The position numbers and the translations under genes are program-made. From contig CAVUHW010000040.1 of assembly GCA_963741205.1 (NCBI GenBank), positions 1-43,234 on the forward strand: a stretch of 43,234 nt of DNA, in the 5' to 3' direction. The first letter of the stretch is position 1. Every line of letters begins with the position of its first letter. The notes beneath the pieces were generated by a model. That model was not told the origin of the DNA, ran no database searches, and was given only the letters and a program-made list of their open reading frames with translations. Below are positions 21,563-31,944 of the stretch, piece by piece. The DNA is from Nitrospirota bacterium (GTDB lineage Bacteria; Nitrospirota; UBA9217).

Positions 21563-21612
21563 TAATACCACAACAGAAGTGCAATGTCAATGTCGTTTTG
21601 GAGAATTCGCCT

Positions 21613-22137
21613 GTGAAAAAGAAACCCGACATGATTTCGGAAATCATCAACAATCTGCGCAGAGTTTTCCAGGCGGTGAACGAACAGTCGAAAAAGGTCG
21701 AGCGCCAAACAGGCCTTACCGGCCCTCAGCTCTGGGCGATCAAGACCATCGCCCAGGAAGCGCCGATCATGGTATCGGAAATAGCCCGTCGCATGTATCT
21801 CCACCCGGCTACGGTAGTCGGTATCCTTGACCGGCTCGAGAAACAGGGGCTCGCTGTGCGGGTTCGCTCGACGGAAGACCGGCGTGTTGTGAAGGTGGAA
21901 TTGACCAGACAAGGTCAGTACCTCGTCAAAAAAGCGCCAGAAGTGGCTCAAGGCCTCCTGGTTTCCAAGCTCGAGAAACTCGCCTCGACGAACCTGAAGA
22001 ACATCTCCGAGGGGCTGAATCAGATGGTGGATATCCTCGGCGCCCAGAACATCCCTCCCCGTCTTATGCTCTCCCCGGAGGTAAACAGGCCGGCGAAATC
22101 GAAAACTACTTGGAGGGAAAAGGACGTAAGGATATAG
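21613..22137 (+). CDS. MarR-family transcriptional regulator (copy 2)
   Basis: Close paralog of 16297..16833; GTG start after a GGAG SD. Confidence 0.92.
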   Translation: MKKKPDMISEIINNLRRVFQAVNEQSKKVERQTGLTGPQLWAIKTIAQEAPIMVSEIARRMYLHPATVVGILDRLEKQGLAVRVRSTEDRRVVKVELTRQGQYLVKKAPEVAQGLLVSKLEKLASTNLKNISEGLNQMVDILGAQNIPPRLMLSPEVNRPAKSKTTWREKDVRI

Positions 22138-22157
22138 AACGCGGTTTCTATTAAAAT

Positions 22158-23199
22158 ATGATTAACAGCACAGAAGAAAATAAACTTTTGATTAGCCGGT
22201 CTTTGCTGTATACTTTATTGGCTTTTGCCTTTGCGCTCGGAGTATTTGCGGACTCGGCTAGAGACTATTCTTATTTCTCCTTCGGATAGCAAAAGCGGCG
22301 CGGTTCCCGAAAGCGCAGAAGGAACATTCAGGTTCATCCGTACCTCGGCAATATCGAATAGTTCAGAAAATAATCGATCAACCGAAGAACTCAAACCATT
22401 CCAATACAAAGTGAACGAATTAATCGAAAGCACTTTGAAGAGCGGGGACGCAGCTTCTGTATCGGTTTATTTCCGGGATTTGAACAACGGGAACTGGTTT
22501 GGTATCGGTGAGCATGACAAGTTTCTTCCGAAGGATCTCATAAAGGTTCCTCTCATGATCGCATATTTCAAGTGGGCAGAATCGAACCCGCTGGTTTTAC
22601 GCAAGACCCTGACCTACGTCGGCAACAACCGAATAGTGATGCGGCAGCTCGACAATCCGGCGAAGAAACAACTGGAGCCCGGAAAAACCTATAGCGTAAA
22701 TGACCTCATTTTCAGAATGATCGCTTATGACGACTCTGCTGCGTATGCGTTGCTACACGCGCACCTGCCCTCCGGCCGTCTTGAGAAGATATACAGCGAC
22801 CTGAGTGTGGAATATAATCCTCAGAAACAAGATGATTTTCTGTCATTGAGGGAGTACGCTTCATTCTACCGCGTTCTGTACAACGCGTCCTATCTTTCAG
22901 AAGAGATGTCTGAAAAAGCCCTCCGCTATCTTTCGAAAGCCACCTCCTGGGACGGCATGGAGGCGGGCATCCCGCCGAACATCGAGATCGCCTCCAAATG
23001 GGGCGAACAGACGAGCTTAATTGCCGAGGAAGGGGAAAAACAGGAACTGCGGCAACTCCACGAATTCGGAATCATTTATCATCCGAACCGTCCATTTCTT
23101 CTCGGCATCGTGACACGCGGCACCAATGTTGCCCGGATGGCAAGAGTGATCCGCGATATCAACCATCTCGTATTTCAGGAAGTGGATAAACAATCATAG
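22158..23199 (+). CDS. Class A beta-lactamase-like serine-hydrolase-fold protein with degenerate active site; N-terminal anchor in another frame (frameshift ~22260-22285)
   Basis: SVYFRDLNNG, LIKVP, LYNASYLS, HEFGIIY.P.RPFLL. The SxxK, SDN and KTG positions read DLIK, DDS and KWG. Confidence 0.75.
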
Positions 23200-23272
23200 C
23201 CCCTCCTGTTGCTGAAATTTTTATCTACGAAGAATCAAGGATTCAGAGCACCCGCTTCATAAAGAGCATAGA

Positions 23273-25522
23273 ATGTCTATAATCGACAAAGACAAACACC
23301 TCCCTAAGGGCAGAGACCGCATAATAAATGGGATCTTTGTTTTCGTTGCAGGAATTTCAATCTTTCTGTCAGCGCTGCTCCTACCCGAATCGATTGTTGG
23401 AAAAAACATTTGGCTCAGGGTTGTATTCGGCATTATCCAGGTTGCCATAGCCATTGCGTCGGCCTATGGGGTAATGAAGTTTCTTCATGCTTTCCCGCCA
23501 CGAATTAATGCGGCCTTCATCGGCTCCTGGGCTCTCCTCGCCTGGTTGGCCTATAATATCCTGTCAGTATTTGTAATTCTTCCTTTCAGCGCGAGTCTGC
23601 CTCTGACGATAGCAGCCAGTCTCGTGATAGGTCTGTTCATGGCGTCGTTCGCTTCGATACTGGGAGTGACAATTGCGGCACGCCCGAGGATCGCGCTGAT
23701 CAGCATCCTCTGCATGGCCACATTGTCAACAGTCGTTCTATGGTTTCCGAAACCCCCTGCAAACACGGTTGGAACCGCCGGAACCGGCTTGCTCTTTAAC
23801 GTCCTTTCAAAACTCGACGCTCCCAATCCCGCCGCTTCCGGCACATTCGGTGTCAGGACGTTCTATTACGGAAGCGGAACGGACAGGCACAGGACTGAGT
23901 ACGGAACCAAAGCCGACTTGATTACTAAAGCAGTGGACGCATCTCCTTTTGTCCCGGATGGCTGGTCGGTGGCGCGTACCAGCTACTGGGGTTTCGATAA
24001 GACGCAGCTGCCAATCAATGGACGTGTCTGGCGTCCCGACGGCCAGGGGCCGTTCCCCCTTGTCCTGATAGTGCACGGGGCACGTTCCATGGAGGAGTCA
24101 TCAGATGCCGGTTTTGGCTATCTAGGCGAACTACTTGCAAGCAGGGGCTATATTGTCGCTTCTGTGGACGAAAACTTCCTCAATTATGGGGGAGAACGTT
24201 ATGGAGATTTTGAAGAGTCCGACATAGATGCCCGGGGCTGGCTCCTTCTTGAGCATTTGAAGGTCTGGCGGGAATGGAACAAGGATAATAAAAGCCCATT
24301 TTACAAAGGCGTAGATATGGACCGTATAGCACTGATAGGGCATTCCCGGGGAGGAGAAGCAATAGCAGCCGCAGCGGCATTCAATCACATGGAGCGTTAT
24401 TCTAAAAACGCGAATATAACGTTCGGCTTAAATTTCAACATACGAACGCTCATCGCCTTTGCGCCAAGCGACATCTACCAGTCGCTTTATGAGCGAACGA
24501 CGCCTCTCGAGATCAAGGATGTCAATTACCTTCTCCTGATGGGCACACAGGACAGGCAGGTGCCGAGCATTTTGGGAAGCAGGGTATATCAACGGGTCAG
24601 CTACAGAGGACAACCGAACGGAAACTGCAGAACCTCAAACAGCAGGCCATGCAATAGTACATATTATTTCAAGTCGGCATTATATATTTCGCACGCAAAT
24701 CACAGCCAATTCAACTCTGCCTGGGGGATCTACGACTTTTCATGGCCTTACCGGCTGCTTTCCGACATAGACACCCAGTTGAGCGGTGGAGAACAACGTC
24801 AGATAACCACACTATATGTCTCTGCATTTCTTGACGCCACCTTGAACAACGATAAACGATATATTCCCTTCTTTCGCGATTATCGCCTGATCGAAAGCTG
24901 GCTACCCAAAACCGCCTATATCAGCCGTTTCCAAGACTCAACCTGCAAAGTTATCGCTGATTTTGATGAGGATATTGATCCTGAAACGACGACGGTCCCG
25001 GGAGGTAAAATCATCGGCAAAAACCTCACCCGCTGGCGCGAGCAGGACATCGACTATCATTATTACCAGCCGTTTGGAACACGCAGTAATAGGATTGTCT
25101 CCGTGGAATGGGATGCAGAAAACAAAGAGCAGCCGATTCTGGGCTTCCAGCTGCCGGAATCGGTGGTGCACTCATGGCAACTGAAGCCTTCAAACCTTCT
25201 TCTGTTCTCAATTGCATATTTTGATCAGCAAACGCCGCCAAATGTTACCGTCCAACTGATTGACTCCTCCGGCAGAGTTGCTCGAATACCTTTAAGTCGT
25301 GTAATTTCCCTTCAACAGCCACTGTATTCTTCCGTTACCAGGCTGAGTTTTCTGGAAAAACCCACGCCGGTCACGATTCTGCAAACCGTTTCGATCCCGC
25401 TTTCGCGTTTCGTTGATCTGGATCCCCCACTCGACCTGCGCGGACTGCGTGAGATTGATTTTCTCTTTGGCAATGATAAGCCGGGGATCGTGATGATCGA
25501 TGATGTCGGCATTGAGCAGTAA
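23273..25522 (+). CDS. Membrane-anchored alpha/beta hydrolase
   Basis: About five N-terminal TM helices; GPFPLVLIVHG, LASRGY, nucleophile elbow GHSRGG, ANHSQFN. Confidence 0.88.
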   Translation: MSIIDKDKHLPKGRDRIINGIFVFVAGISIFLSALLLPESIVGKNIWLRVVFGIIQVAIAIASAYGVMKFLHAFPPRINAAFIGSWALLAWLAYNILSVFVILPFSASLPLTIAASLVIGLFMASFASILGVTIAARPRIALISILCMATLSTVVLWFPKPPANTVGTAGTGLLFNVLSKLDAPNPAASGTFGVRTFYYGSGTDRHRTEYGTKADLITKAVDASPFVPDGWSVARTSYWGFDKTQLPINGRVWRPDGQGPFPLVLIVHGARSMEESSDAGFGYLGELLASRGYIVASVDENFLNYGGERYGDFEESDIDARGWLLLEHLKVWREWNKDNKSPFYKGVDMDRIALIGHSRGGEAIAAAAAFNHMERYSKNANITFGLNFNIRTLIAFAPSDIYQSLYERTTPLEIKDVNYLLLMGTQDRQVPSILGSRVYQRVSYRGQPNGNCRTSNSRPCNSTYYFKSALYISHANHSQFNSAWGIYDFSWPYRLLSDIDTQLSGGEQRQITTLYVSAFLDATLNNDKRYIPFFRDYRLIESWLPKTAYISRFQDSTCKVIADFDEDIDPETTTVPGGKIIGKNLTRWREQDIDYHYYQPFGTRSNRIVSVEWDAENKEQPILGFQLPESVVHSWQLKPSNLLLFSIAYFDQQTPPNVTVQLIDSSGRVARIPLSRVISLQQPLYSSVTRLSFLEKPTPVTILQTVSIPLSRFVDLDPPLDLRGLREIDFLFGNDKPGIVMIDDVGIEQ

Positions 25523-25578
25523 GTATCAGCCGGGCATTGTTTCTCATTCAGGCTAATTACCATGTCTTCAAGGGGATG

Positions 25579-26786
25579 CTATTTGTTGTCTTCATCCACC
25601 GCTTTTCTCAGCATGTCCAGGATGCCGGGGATGGCTGACGTCACGCGGTTCCAGTTTGGGATAAGCGGCGCGCCCAAGGGGTTTTCCATGAACTTTTCAG
25701 CCGCCAGGGCAATGGCCCGCGTGAACGCCTCCACGGCCTTGGCCTCTTCGTGACGGTCGAATATGAGGCCATTGATCGCCGCATCCGCTTCATATTTCAT
25801 AATGGTGTCCTCGGCGAACCTCAGGTAAGAGGCGGAAAGTGACTTGAACAGCCCGTTGGAAAAGACGACCCCTCGGAGGCCAGGGTCCTGAACACGGACT
25901 TGCAGATGTCCACCGTCATCTTCATCAGGCCTTTTTGCGGGTCATCGGCCGAGAGCGCCTGGTGTTTATGCTCGTAGGTAGCGGCGATGTCAACCTGGCA
26001 GACGCGGCGCGGAGAATAGTTCCGGTACACCTCGGCCAGGGAGCCGACCTCCAGACCCCAGTCCCATGGGATGCGGTTCACCCGCGCCAGGTCCGTGGTC
26101 ATGCAGAATTCACCCGCGAGCGCATACCGGAAGCTGTCGAGGAAAATGAGAAAGCGGTGCGGCCCGATGAGCTGCTGGAGCGAACGCACCAGCGGCGTCA
26201 CCATGAGCCGCGTCACACGTCCATGCATCCTGTCGGTCACCCTGCTGTAGAAGCCCTTGCAGAACACGTAATCGATATTAGGATTCACGACGGGGTAGCA
26301 GAGGCGGGCCAGCAGCTCCCGGTTGTAGCTGACGATGTCGCAGTCGTGAAGAGCGATGACATCAGCCTTAGCCGCGGCAAGCACATACCCGTAGGCGAGC
26401 CAGCAGGACCTGCCTTTCCCGTCCTGTCCGGGATCGAGGCCGTTTCTCTTGATGGTGTCATATATCTCGCGGACGCGTTTTCCCTCGTTATGAATGATCT
26501 TGACTTCGTAAGGGATAGGTGCCATGAACTGCCGTGCTTTTACGAATTCCTTGTCCGAGGCCCTGCCCAGAACAAGGACGATCTGTCCGAGATAGTCGAC
26601 TTTGGTAAGCTCGCTGACTATCCCCGGCATTGCCCTGCCCTCGAATTCCGAGTAAAGCGCAGGAAGAACGAGCGCGATCGGCCGTATGCGTGAATGCTCC
26701 CTCAACTCTGTCTCAAGGCGTTCAAGCGACGGTTGGCCGAGTTTGTGGATCGTGGTTATGATGCCCGTCTGGTGAAAGTCCGACAT
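25579..26786 (-). CDS. gpgS: Glucosyl-3-phosphoglycerate synthase-like glycosyltransferase; frameshift at ~25865
   Basis: MSDFHQTGIITTIH, LPALYSE, GKGRSCW, LHDCDI, GRVTRL, YEHKHQ; C-terminus (IPNWNRV) in ORF 25579..25800; operon context. Confidence 0.8.
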
Positions 26787-26863
26787 GATGCCTCCCTGTT
26801 ATGGACAGTTCATAGCTGACAGTTGACGGCAACCGCCATGAGTTGTAAACCATGAGCCACAAG

Positions 26864-27539
26864 CTAAATATGTTCGATATCCCCTTTTTCCTCGTCCTTC
26901 TTTTCCGTCTCTTTCTCGATTATCTTTCGCGCGGCATCGATGCCGCCGACGCCGAAGGAAATTGACAATGCCAGGACGATGCCTCCGAAGATGATGGAGA
27001 ATGCGTTCACGACGATGTTTGGCGCAACCTGGAGCTGCTCCAGGGCCATGGCGACGAACAGGAGCGTCAGGAGAACGCGCACCGCCTCGGCTAGAAGCCT
27101 CGCGAACAGGTACCCCCGGTTCACCGCTGAAATAAGAACAGTCCTGCTGATGAAGCCCGTCACAATATACCCGATGACAAGGACCACAGCGGCGGTCAGC
27201 AACCTCGGAACGTACATGATGAAACGCGAAATGAGGCTGTCCATGGCCTGGATATTCAGCGCGCTAATTCCCGCCATCAATACTCCGATGATAAGGGACC
27301 AGAACACAAATGACGCCATGGCCACGGACGGCCTGTCCCAGAGGTCCCCTCTTCTCATGACCGAGGTAAATCCCATCCTGTCGCTCCAGCTGTCGAACTT
27401 GATTGCCTCGAAGCAACTTAACGACGACCAACCGCACGATTCGCGCCGCGGTGATTCCGACCAGGATAATGATAAGCATGGTCAGAATGTTCGGGCAGAA
27501 CCTCGCGAACCGGTAGTACACGTCCTTCAATTGTTCCAT
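26864..27539 (-). CDS. Membrane protein with MscS/CmpX-like conserved TM helices; frameshifted
   Basis: PNILTMLIIILVG, YVPRLLTAAVVLVIG, ALEQLQVA, ALSISFGVGG. Confidence 0.75.
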
Positions 27540-27624
27540 GAGTACAGCTGGCGAATGCCTCCATATTGCACCTCCCCTAATCCGGACAGGCCGGAATTGC
27601 AAATCGAATTGGAATTTGGAAACT

Positions 27625-28898
27625 TTATAACAATAAATATTTCCAATTGTTGACCAGGTGACCCTTGCCCTCCTCGAATTCCAGGCAGAGCTTCTCGATC
27701 TCCGCCTCGGCTTCAGCCTGACCCTTGTCCCGTACCTCCATGACAAACGAAGCCGTTTTCCCGAGGTAGAGCGGCGTCAGGGACCCGAGCAGGTGTTCAC
27801 GAGGCAGCTTCCTCGCATGATACGCAAGGGCGTAATCGTACACAACGCGGGTCCACAGTTTGAGCGGGAACCTGAATTCTTCATCGGCACGGGCGGCCAG
27901 GGCCTCAAGCTCGTGAAAATCGCCGCTCCCCAGTACGGTTATCCAAACCTCTTTCAGGTTCTTGAGCCCCGCCCTGAATAGGCGAAGCATCCTGCCGGCG
28001 TCCACCGAGACCTGCTCAAGCCCTACTTCGTATTGAAACCCGAATCCCGGCACCGGCTCCGAACCTGCGTACTGTTCTTCCACACTTTTTCGTAGGTCTC
28101 CATAAGGCCGAACGCCGAGCCCACAACCTGGTACAGCATGGCGGACAGGTCCGCTCCCGGGTCCTTGGGGTCGTGGATCTTCGCGCCGAGAAAGGCCTGG
28201 GCCACCTTGAAATCGTTCGCGATCGCCTCCGTCGTCATCCAGATATCGATGCCGTACCGGGCGACATCGGTATTGCCAGACGTCCTTGGCGAGAAAATGT
28301 TCGCCAGCCTGCCGGAAAAACCGAAATCCCCGCCTATCGGCTGCCGGACCCGCTTGCCGTACAAGGCACGGGTAAGAGGATAGACAATGCTGTTCGTGAT
28401 CGTGCCGTCATACTTGTGACGGTGGTACAGAGGGGTAACGTAATCCACTTCCGCTTCGAGGACCGGCTTTACCAGAAGTTCCACCCACTCGGGTGTGATA
28501 CTCCGGAGGTCGGAGTCCACGACCGCGCAGGCCTTCACCTGGAGCGCCTCGGCAATCTCAAAGATCGTGCGGAATGCGCTGCCCTTGCCCGGCAAGCCAT
28601 GATAGGGGATTGCCATCTTAAAGGCCGGCTCCACCCGATGGTGGAGCAGGATAGAACCGAAGTTCTCGATAACGGTGTTCTGCACGACGTCGATGGTCCC
28701 ATCGGTTGACCCACCGTCGGAATCGACAAGCACCGCCTTACGGTCGGGAAAGTATTTTGCGAGGCCCGCTTGCACCGCGCGCACAACGTGACCGATGGTC
28801 CGGGCGTTGTTGTAGCTCGGGATGCCGACGAGGATGTCGGCGGCACCGACCTGCTCAACAAATGCTCGGACCTCCTGACGTTGAACGATTCTTTTCAT
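27625..28898 (-). CDS. Glucosylglycerate synthase (Ggs)-like GT2 glycosyltransferase; frameshifted
   Basis: VGIPSYNNARTI, DGGSTDGT, GKGSA, VDSDLRSI, RQPIGGDF, YGIDIWMT, HDPKDP; C-terminal part in 27625..28083. Confidence 0.8.
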
Positions 28899-29134
28899 TG
28901 GCTCTCATTCGTATAATTAAACTATAGTTCATTGGCTGAATGTTACGATACCGCTTGCCGTGCTCATCCTTCGACAAGAATGATCTGAATATCCATGACG
29001 TTCGTTCCTGTCGGGCCGGTCTTTAAAAGAGAACGAGATCCGCTGACGGCATCGAACTTCTCAAACGACGTATATGAATCGTTGTTGGCCAGATAATCCC
29101 CGGCAGAGAGGCTATGGTCTGCAGCCAGGCGCAC

Positions 29135-29361
29135 CCTTCTGAGATCCTGTCCCCCAGCAGGTCCTCGGTTGCCAATGCCATTCGCGCCGTTGCCTTGCCG
29201 GCGCCCAGCACGAGGATGCGCCTGAATACCCCGAGGTCGAAGGTCCCTCCGGCGGTATGCAGTGTGCCGCCCTCAATCCGCATTGCCTTTCGTACCGCCG
29301 TGTAGGGATCAACAGCACCAATTGCCGCGCGATAGATGTCAAACAGAGCGGTACCGTTCAT
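29135..29361 (-). pseudogene. N-terminal fragment of class II glycerate kinase (GckA/TtuD-like)
   Basis: IYRAAIGAVDP...LVLGAGKATARMA...LGDRISEG, after which similarity is lost abruptly. Confidence 0.75.
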
Positions 29362-29398
29362 ATCGCTATCCTCTTGTTTATTAGGCTGCACGGCAGGA

Positions 29399-30191
29399 TC
29401 ACCCGAGCAGCAGCATCACTGCTTCATTCCAGCCCGCAGGGCCGATGCCGTTTGTCAGGTACAGGCCTGGAATATTTATCCTGGGATCATGGGTTCCGTC
29501 ATTCCTGCGGATGAGAACCGGTTTGTCCACTGCAAGAAGAAACGGCAGGTCGTTGAGGCTATCCCCGAGGCCCACCAGGGTGACAGTGCCGTGAGCGCGC
29601 TCGTAGAGTCCCCTCAGCACGTTCACGGCTTTCCCCTTATGATGGTTGCCCATGATGTGGAATATTCTCCCCTGGGTCCATCTGAGGCCCTCCGCTTCGA
29701 TAGCCTGGAGGAACCTGTCATCCGTAGCCTTGGCAAAAACAAATGGCTCGTCATACTCCCGCATGGTCGAGAGATGCCTCGTACTTGGGAAGGCCTGTCA
29801 GCGCCATGATCTCCCGGGTGTTCATATCGCCGAAGCCGCGCACCGGGATTTTGAGACGATCTCTCAGTGAAATGAAACGCTTTCGGATCTCGCTGTATCC
29901 AATGCCGAGCGAAATCACCAGATAGCCATTTCTCTTTTCGCCGTCTATTGGAAACGGGAAATACCCTTCCGGGATGTAAATGCCACCTCCGTTTTCCGCG
30001 ATGAAGGGATGATGATTCCCGAGGCGCGTCCGGTGCACTTCCAGCTCCGCGCGGGTCTTGCTGGAGCAGAGTATCAGCGGAATATCAGACTGCTCTATTA
30101 GTTCCAGAGCCGGCTTCGCCTCTGCATAAGAATAGTTTCGCTCATGAAGGAGCGAGCCGTCCAGGTCTGTGATAATAATTGTCTTGCTCAT
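29399..30191 (-). CDS. HAD-IIB mannosyl/glucosyl-3-phosphoglycerate phosphatase (MpgP/GpgP); frameshift at ~29770
   Basis: TDLDGSLL, CSSKTRAE, FIAENGG, REYDEPF, GLGDSLND. Confidence 0.88.
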
Positions 30192-30357
30192 TGTCCGCCC
30201 ACCCGCGGCCCATAGTAAACGATGACCACCGAGCACAATATAAATTCAATCCATATTGCAGCCATGGAAGTTCCTATGATTTATCGTCTTGTTGCGCTCC
30301 TCTTTGCCATCAACTTGCTCTAATTGTTCATGTAACTTATAATCACGCCGCTGTTGA

Positions 30358-31560
30358 TCATTTGCTCTTGTTCACTGCCATTACATAGCGCATGGCAAGC
30401 GGCGCAAGCAGGGTCGTGAGCGCAACTACGAAGACGACCACGGCATAGGCTGCGTCGTCGAATATCTTGCTCCGCTTTCCCACCTCGGCAAAAATCAGGC
30501 CGACCTCACCCCGGGGCACCATAGCGACGCCCGTGGACAGCTTTTCCCGAAAGCCGCCCGGCGCCCATACGCCGCTGGCCATTTTGCTCAACACCGCAAC
30601 GACGGTAAGAACTCCTGCATAACCCCAGAAGGCCCCAGAGTGCATGTCGATCACCCGCAGGTTGATGGAAACGCCGACCATCACAAAGAATACGGGAACG
30701 AATAGGTCGATGATGGGCGTAATGCTCTCTTCGATCTTTTCTGCAAGCTGATGACTGTAATGCTCGATGCTTGCGCCCAAGGGAAGGAAGAACCGGCGCG
30801 CAAGAGCGATCCCCGCCGCAAAGGACCCGAGGATCGCCGGAGCGCCCACGCTGCGGGAAATGACTGCCAGGCCGAGGATCAGGGATATGATAATAGTGGG
30901 GACCATGCCCTTCGTTCTGCCGGAGGATGCCGCCTTCGCCATCAGCGGAACGAACAGCTTGGCCAGCACCGGTGCAAGGAGCAGGAACGCCGATATGAAC
31001 ACCAGGATCCTTGCAGTTGCCGCGACGCTCACGGTCCCCTTGACGGCAAAATCGTAGAGTACGGCAAGGACGACTACGCCGATCACGTCGTCCAGGACAG
31101 CGGCGCCGAGGACGATCCGCGCCATTCGGCTAAGGTGTTGGTTCAGGTCCTTCAGCACACGCACGGTGATCCCTATGCTCGTTGCTACGATCGTGCCTCC
31201 CACGAAGAGCGAGGGGATCACGGCCATTCCGAAAAAGCGATAGGACACCCAGAACCCGAGGACACCCGGGACTACAACGCCGGTGACCGCAACCAGTGTG
31301 GACCTCACGCCTTCTTTTACGAGCTGACCCACGTCTGTTTCCAGACCCACTTCGAAGAGCAGCAGCAGGATGCCAATCTCCGCGATAAGTTGGAATGTTG
31401 GTTCCGGTGCTATGAACCGCAAAACGCTCGGCCCTATGATCAGACCGGCGACAACCTCCCCAAGCACTGAAGGGATGTTCAGCCTGCTGAATACTTCGGC
31501 AAATAACTTCGCCGCGAGCAGAATAACAAGCAGTTTGAGAAAAAATTCCGAAACTTCCAC
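30358..31560 (-). CDS. CPA2-family cation:proton antiporter
   Basis: LLFEVGLETD, ATSIGITVRVL, AAVLDDVIG, MVPRGEVGLIFA; probable GTG start at 31560 after GGAGAGG. Confidence 0.92.
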   Translation of the reverse strand: MEVSEFFLKLLVILLAAKLFAEVFSRLNIPSVLGEVVAGLIIGPSVLRFIAPEPTFQLIAEIGILLLLFEVGLETDVGQLVKEGVRSTLVAVTGVVVPGVLGFWVSYRFFGMAVIPSLFVGGTIVATSIGITVRVLKDLNQHLSRMARIVLGAAVLDDVIGVVVLAVLYDFAVKGTVSVAATARILVFISAFLLLAPVLAKLFVPLMAKAASSGRTKGMVPTIIISLILGLAVISRSVGAPAILGSFAAGIALARRFFLPLGASIEHYSHQLAEKIEESITPIIDLFVPVFFVMVGVSINLRVIDMHSGAFWGYAGVLTVVAVLSKMASGVWAPGGFREKLSTGVAMVPRGEVGLIFAEVGKRSKIFDDAAYAVVVFVVALTTLLAPLAMRYVMAVNKSK

Positions 31561-31584
31561 TATTGAGCCTCTCCCTGATGAAAT

Positions 31585-31632
31585 AAAAAAGGCCGGCGCA
31601 AGCATCAATGGAAAAATGCTCTTTGCCAGCCC
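31585..31632 (-). terminator. Intrinsic terminator inside the 5' leader of the antiporter operon
   Basis: Minus strand GGCUGGC...GAGCAU-loop-AUGCUU...GCCGGCC followed by U6. Confidence 0.7.
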
Positions 31633-31708
31633 TCTTTCCCGGCGTACTCTGTTCATCCTGTAGAATGTACTTCCGGGCGCGTCAGTCCGCCATGCATCGT
31701 TAGTATTT

Positions 31709-31749
31709 ATTTGTGTTCTAATTATATTAGCTAAAAGGCATTATGTCAA
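31709..31749 (-). promoter_or_regulatory. Consensus sigma70 promoter overlapped by an operator-like site (ATTTG-TGTT-CTAAT, 31709-31722)
   Basis: Minus strand TTGACA-N17-TATAAT, a perfect consensus. Confidence 0.8.
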
Positions 31750-31944
31750 TTTATACCCTCTTATTAAAAGCAGTGAGCCGCTCGCCCATCCAACAACTAC
31801 ACCTATTCCAGGCAATCTTCGCGCCAGAGACATGTTGTCTGAATACATCCCACCACATTCGTTGAAAAGCAATCGGTTGCTCCTTGCATTTCTCATTTCG
31901 CGGGGTATACTGATAGTATCTCAACTGTCTTAAGGAGGTATCTC

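Noticed and set aside
22225-23199. Functional beta-lactam resistance gene
   Set aside because: Catalytic Ser, SDN and KTG motifs are absent.
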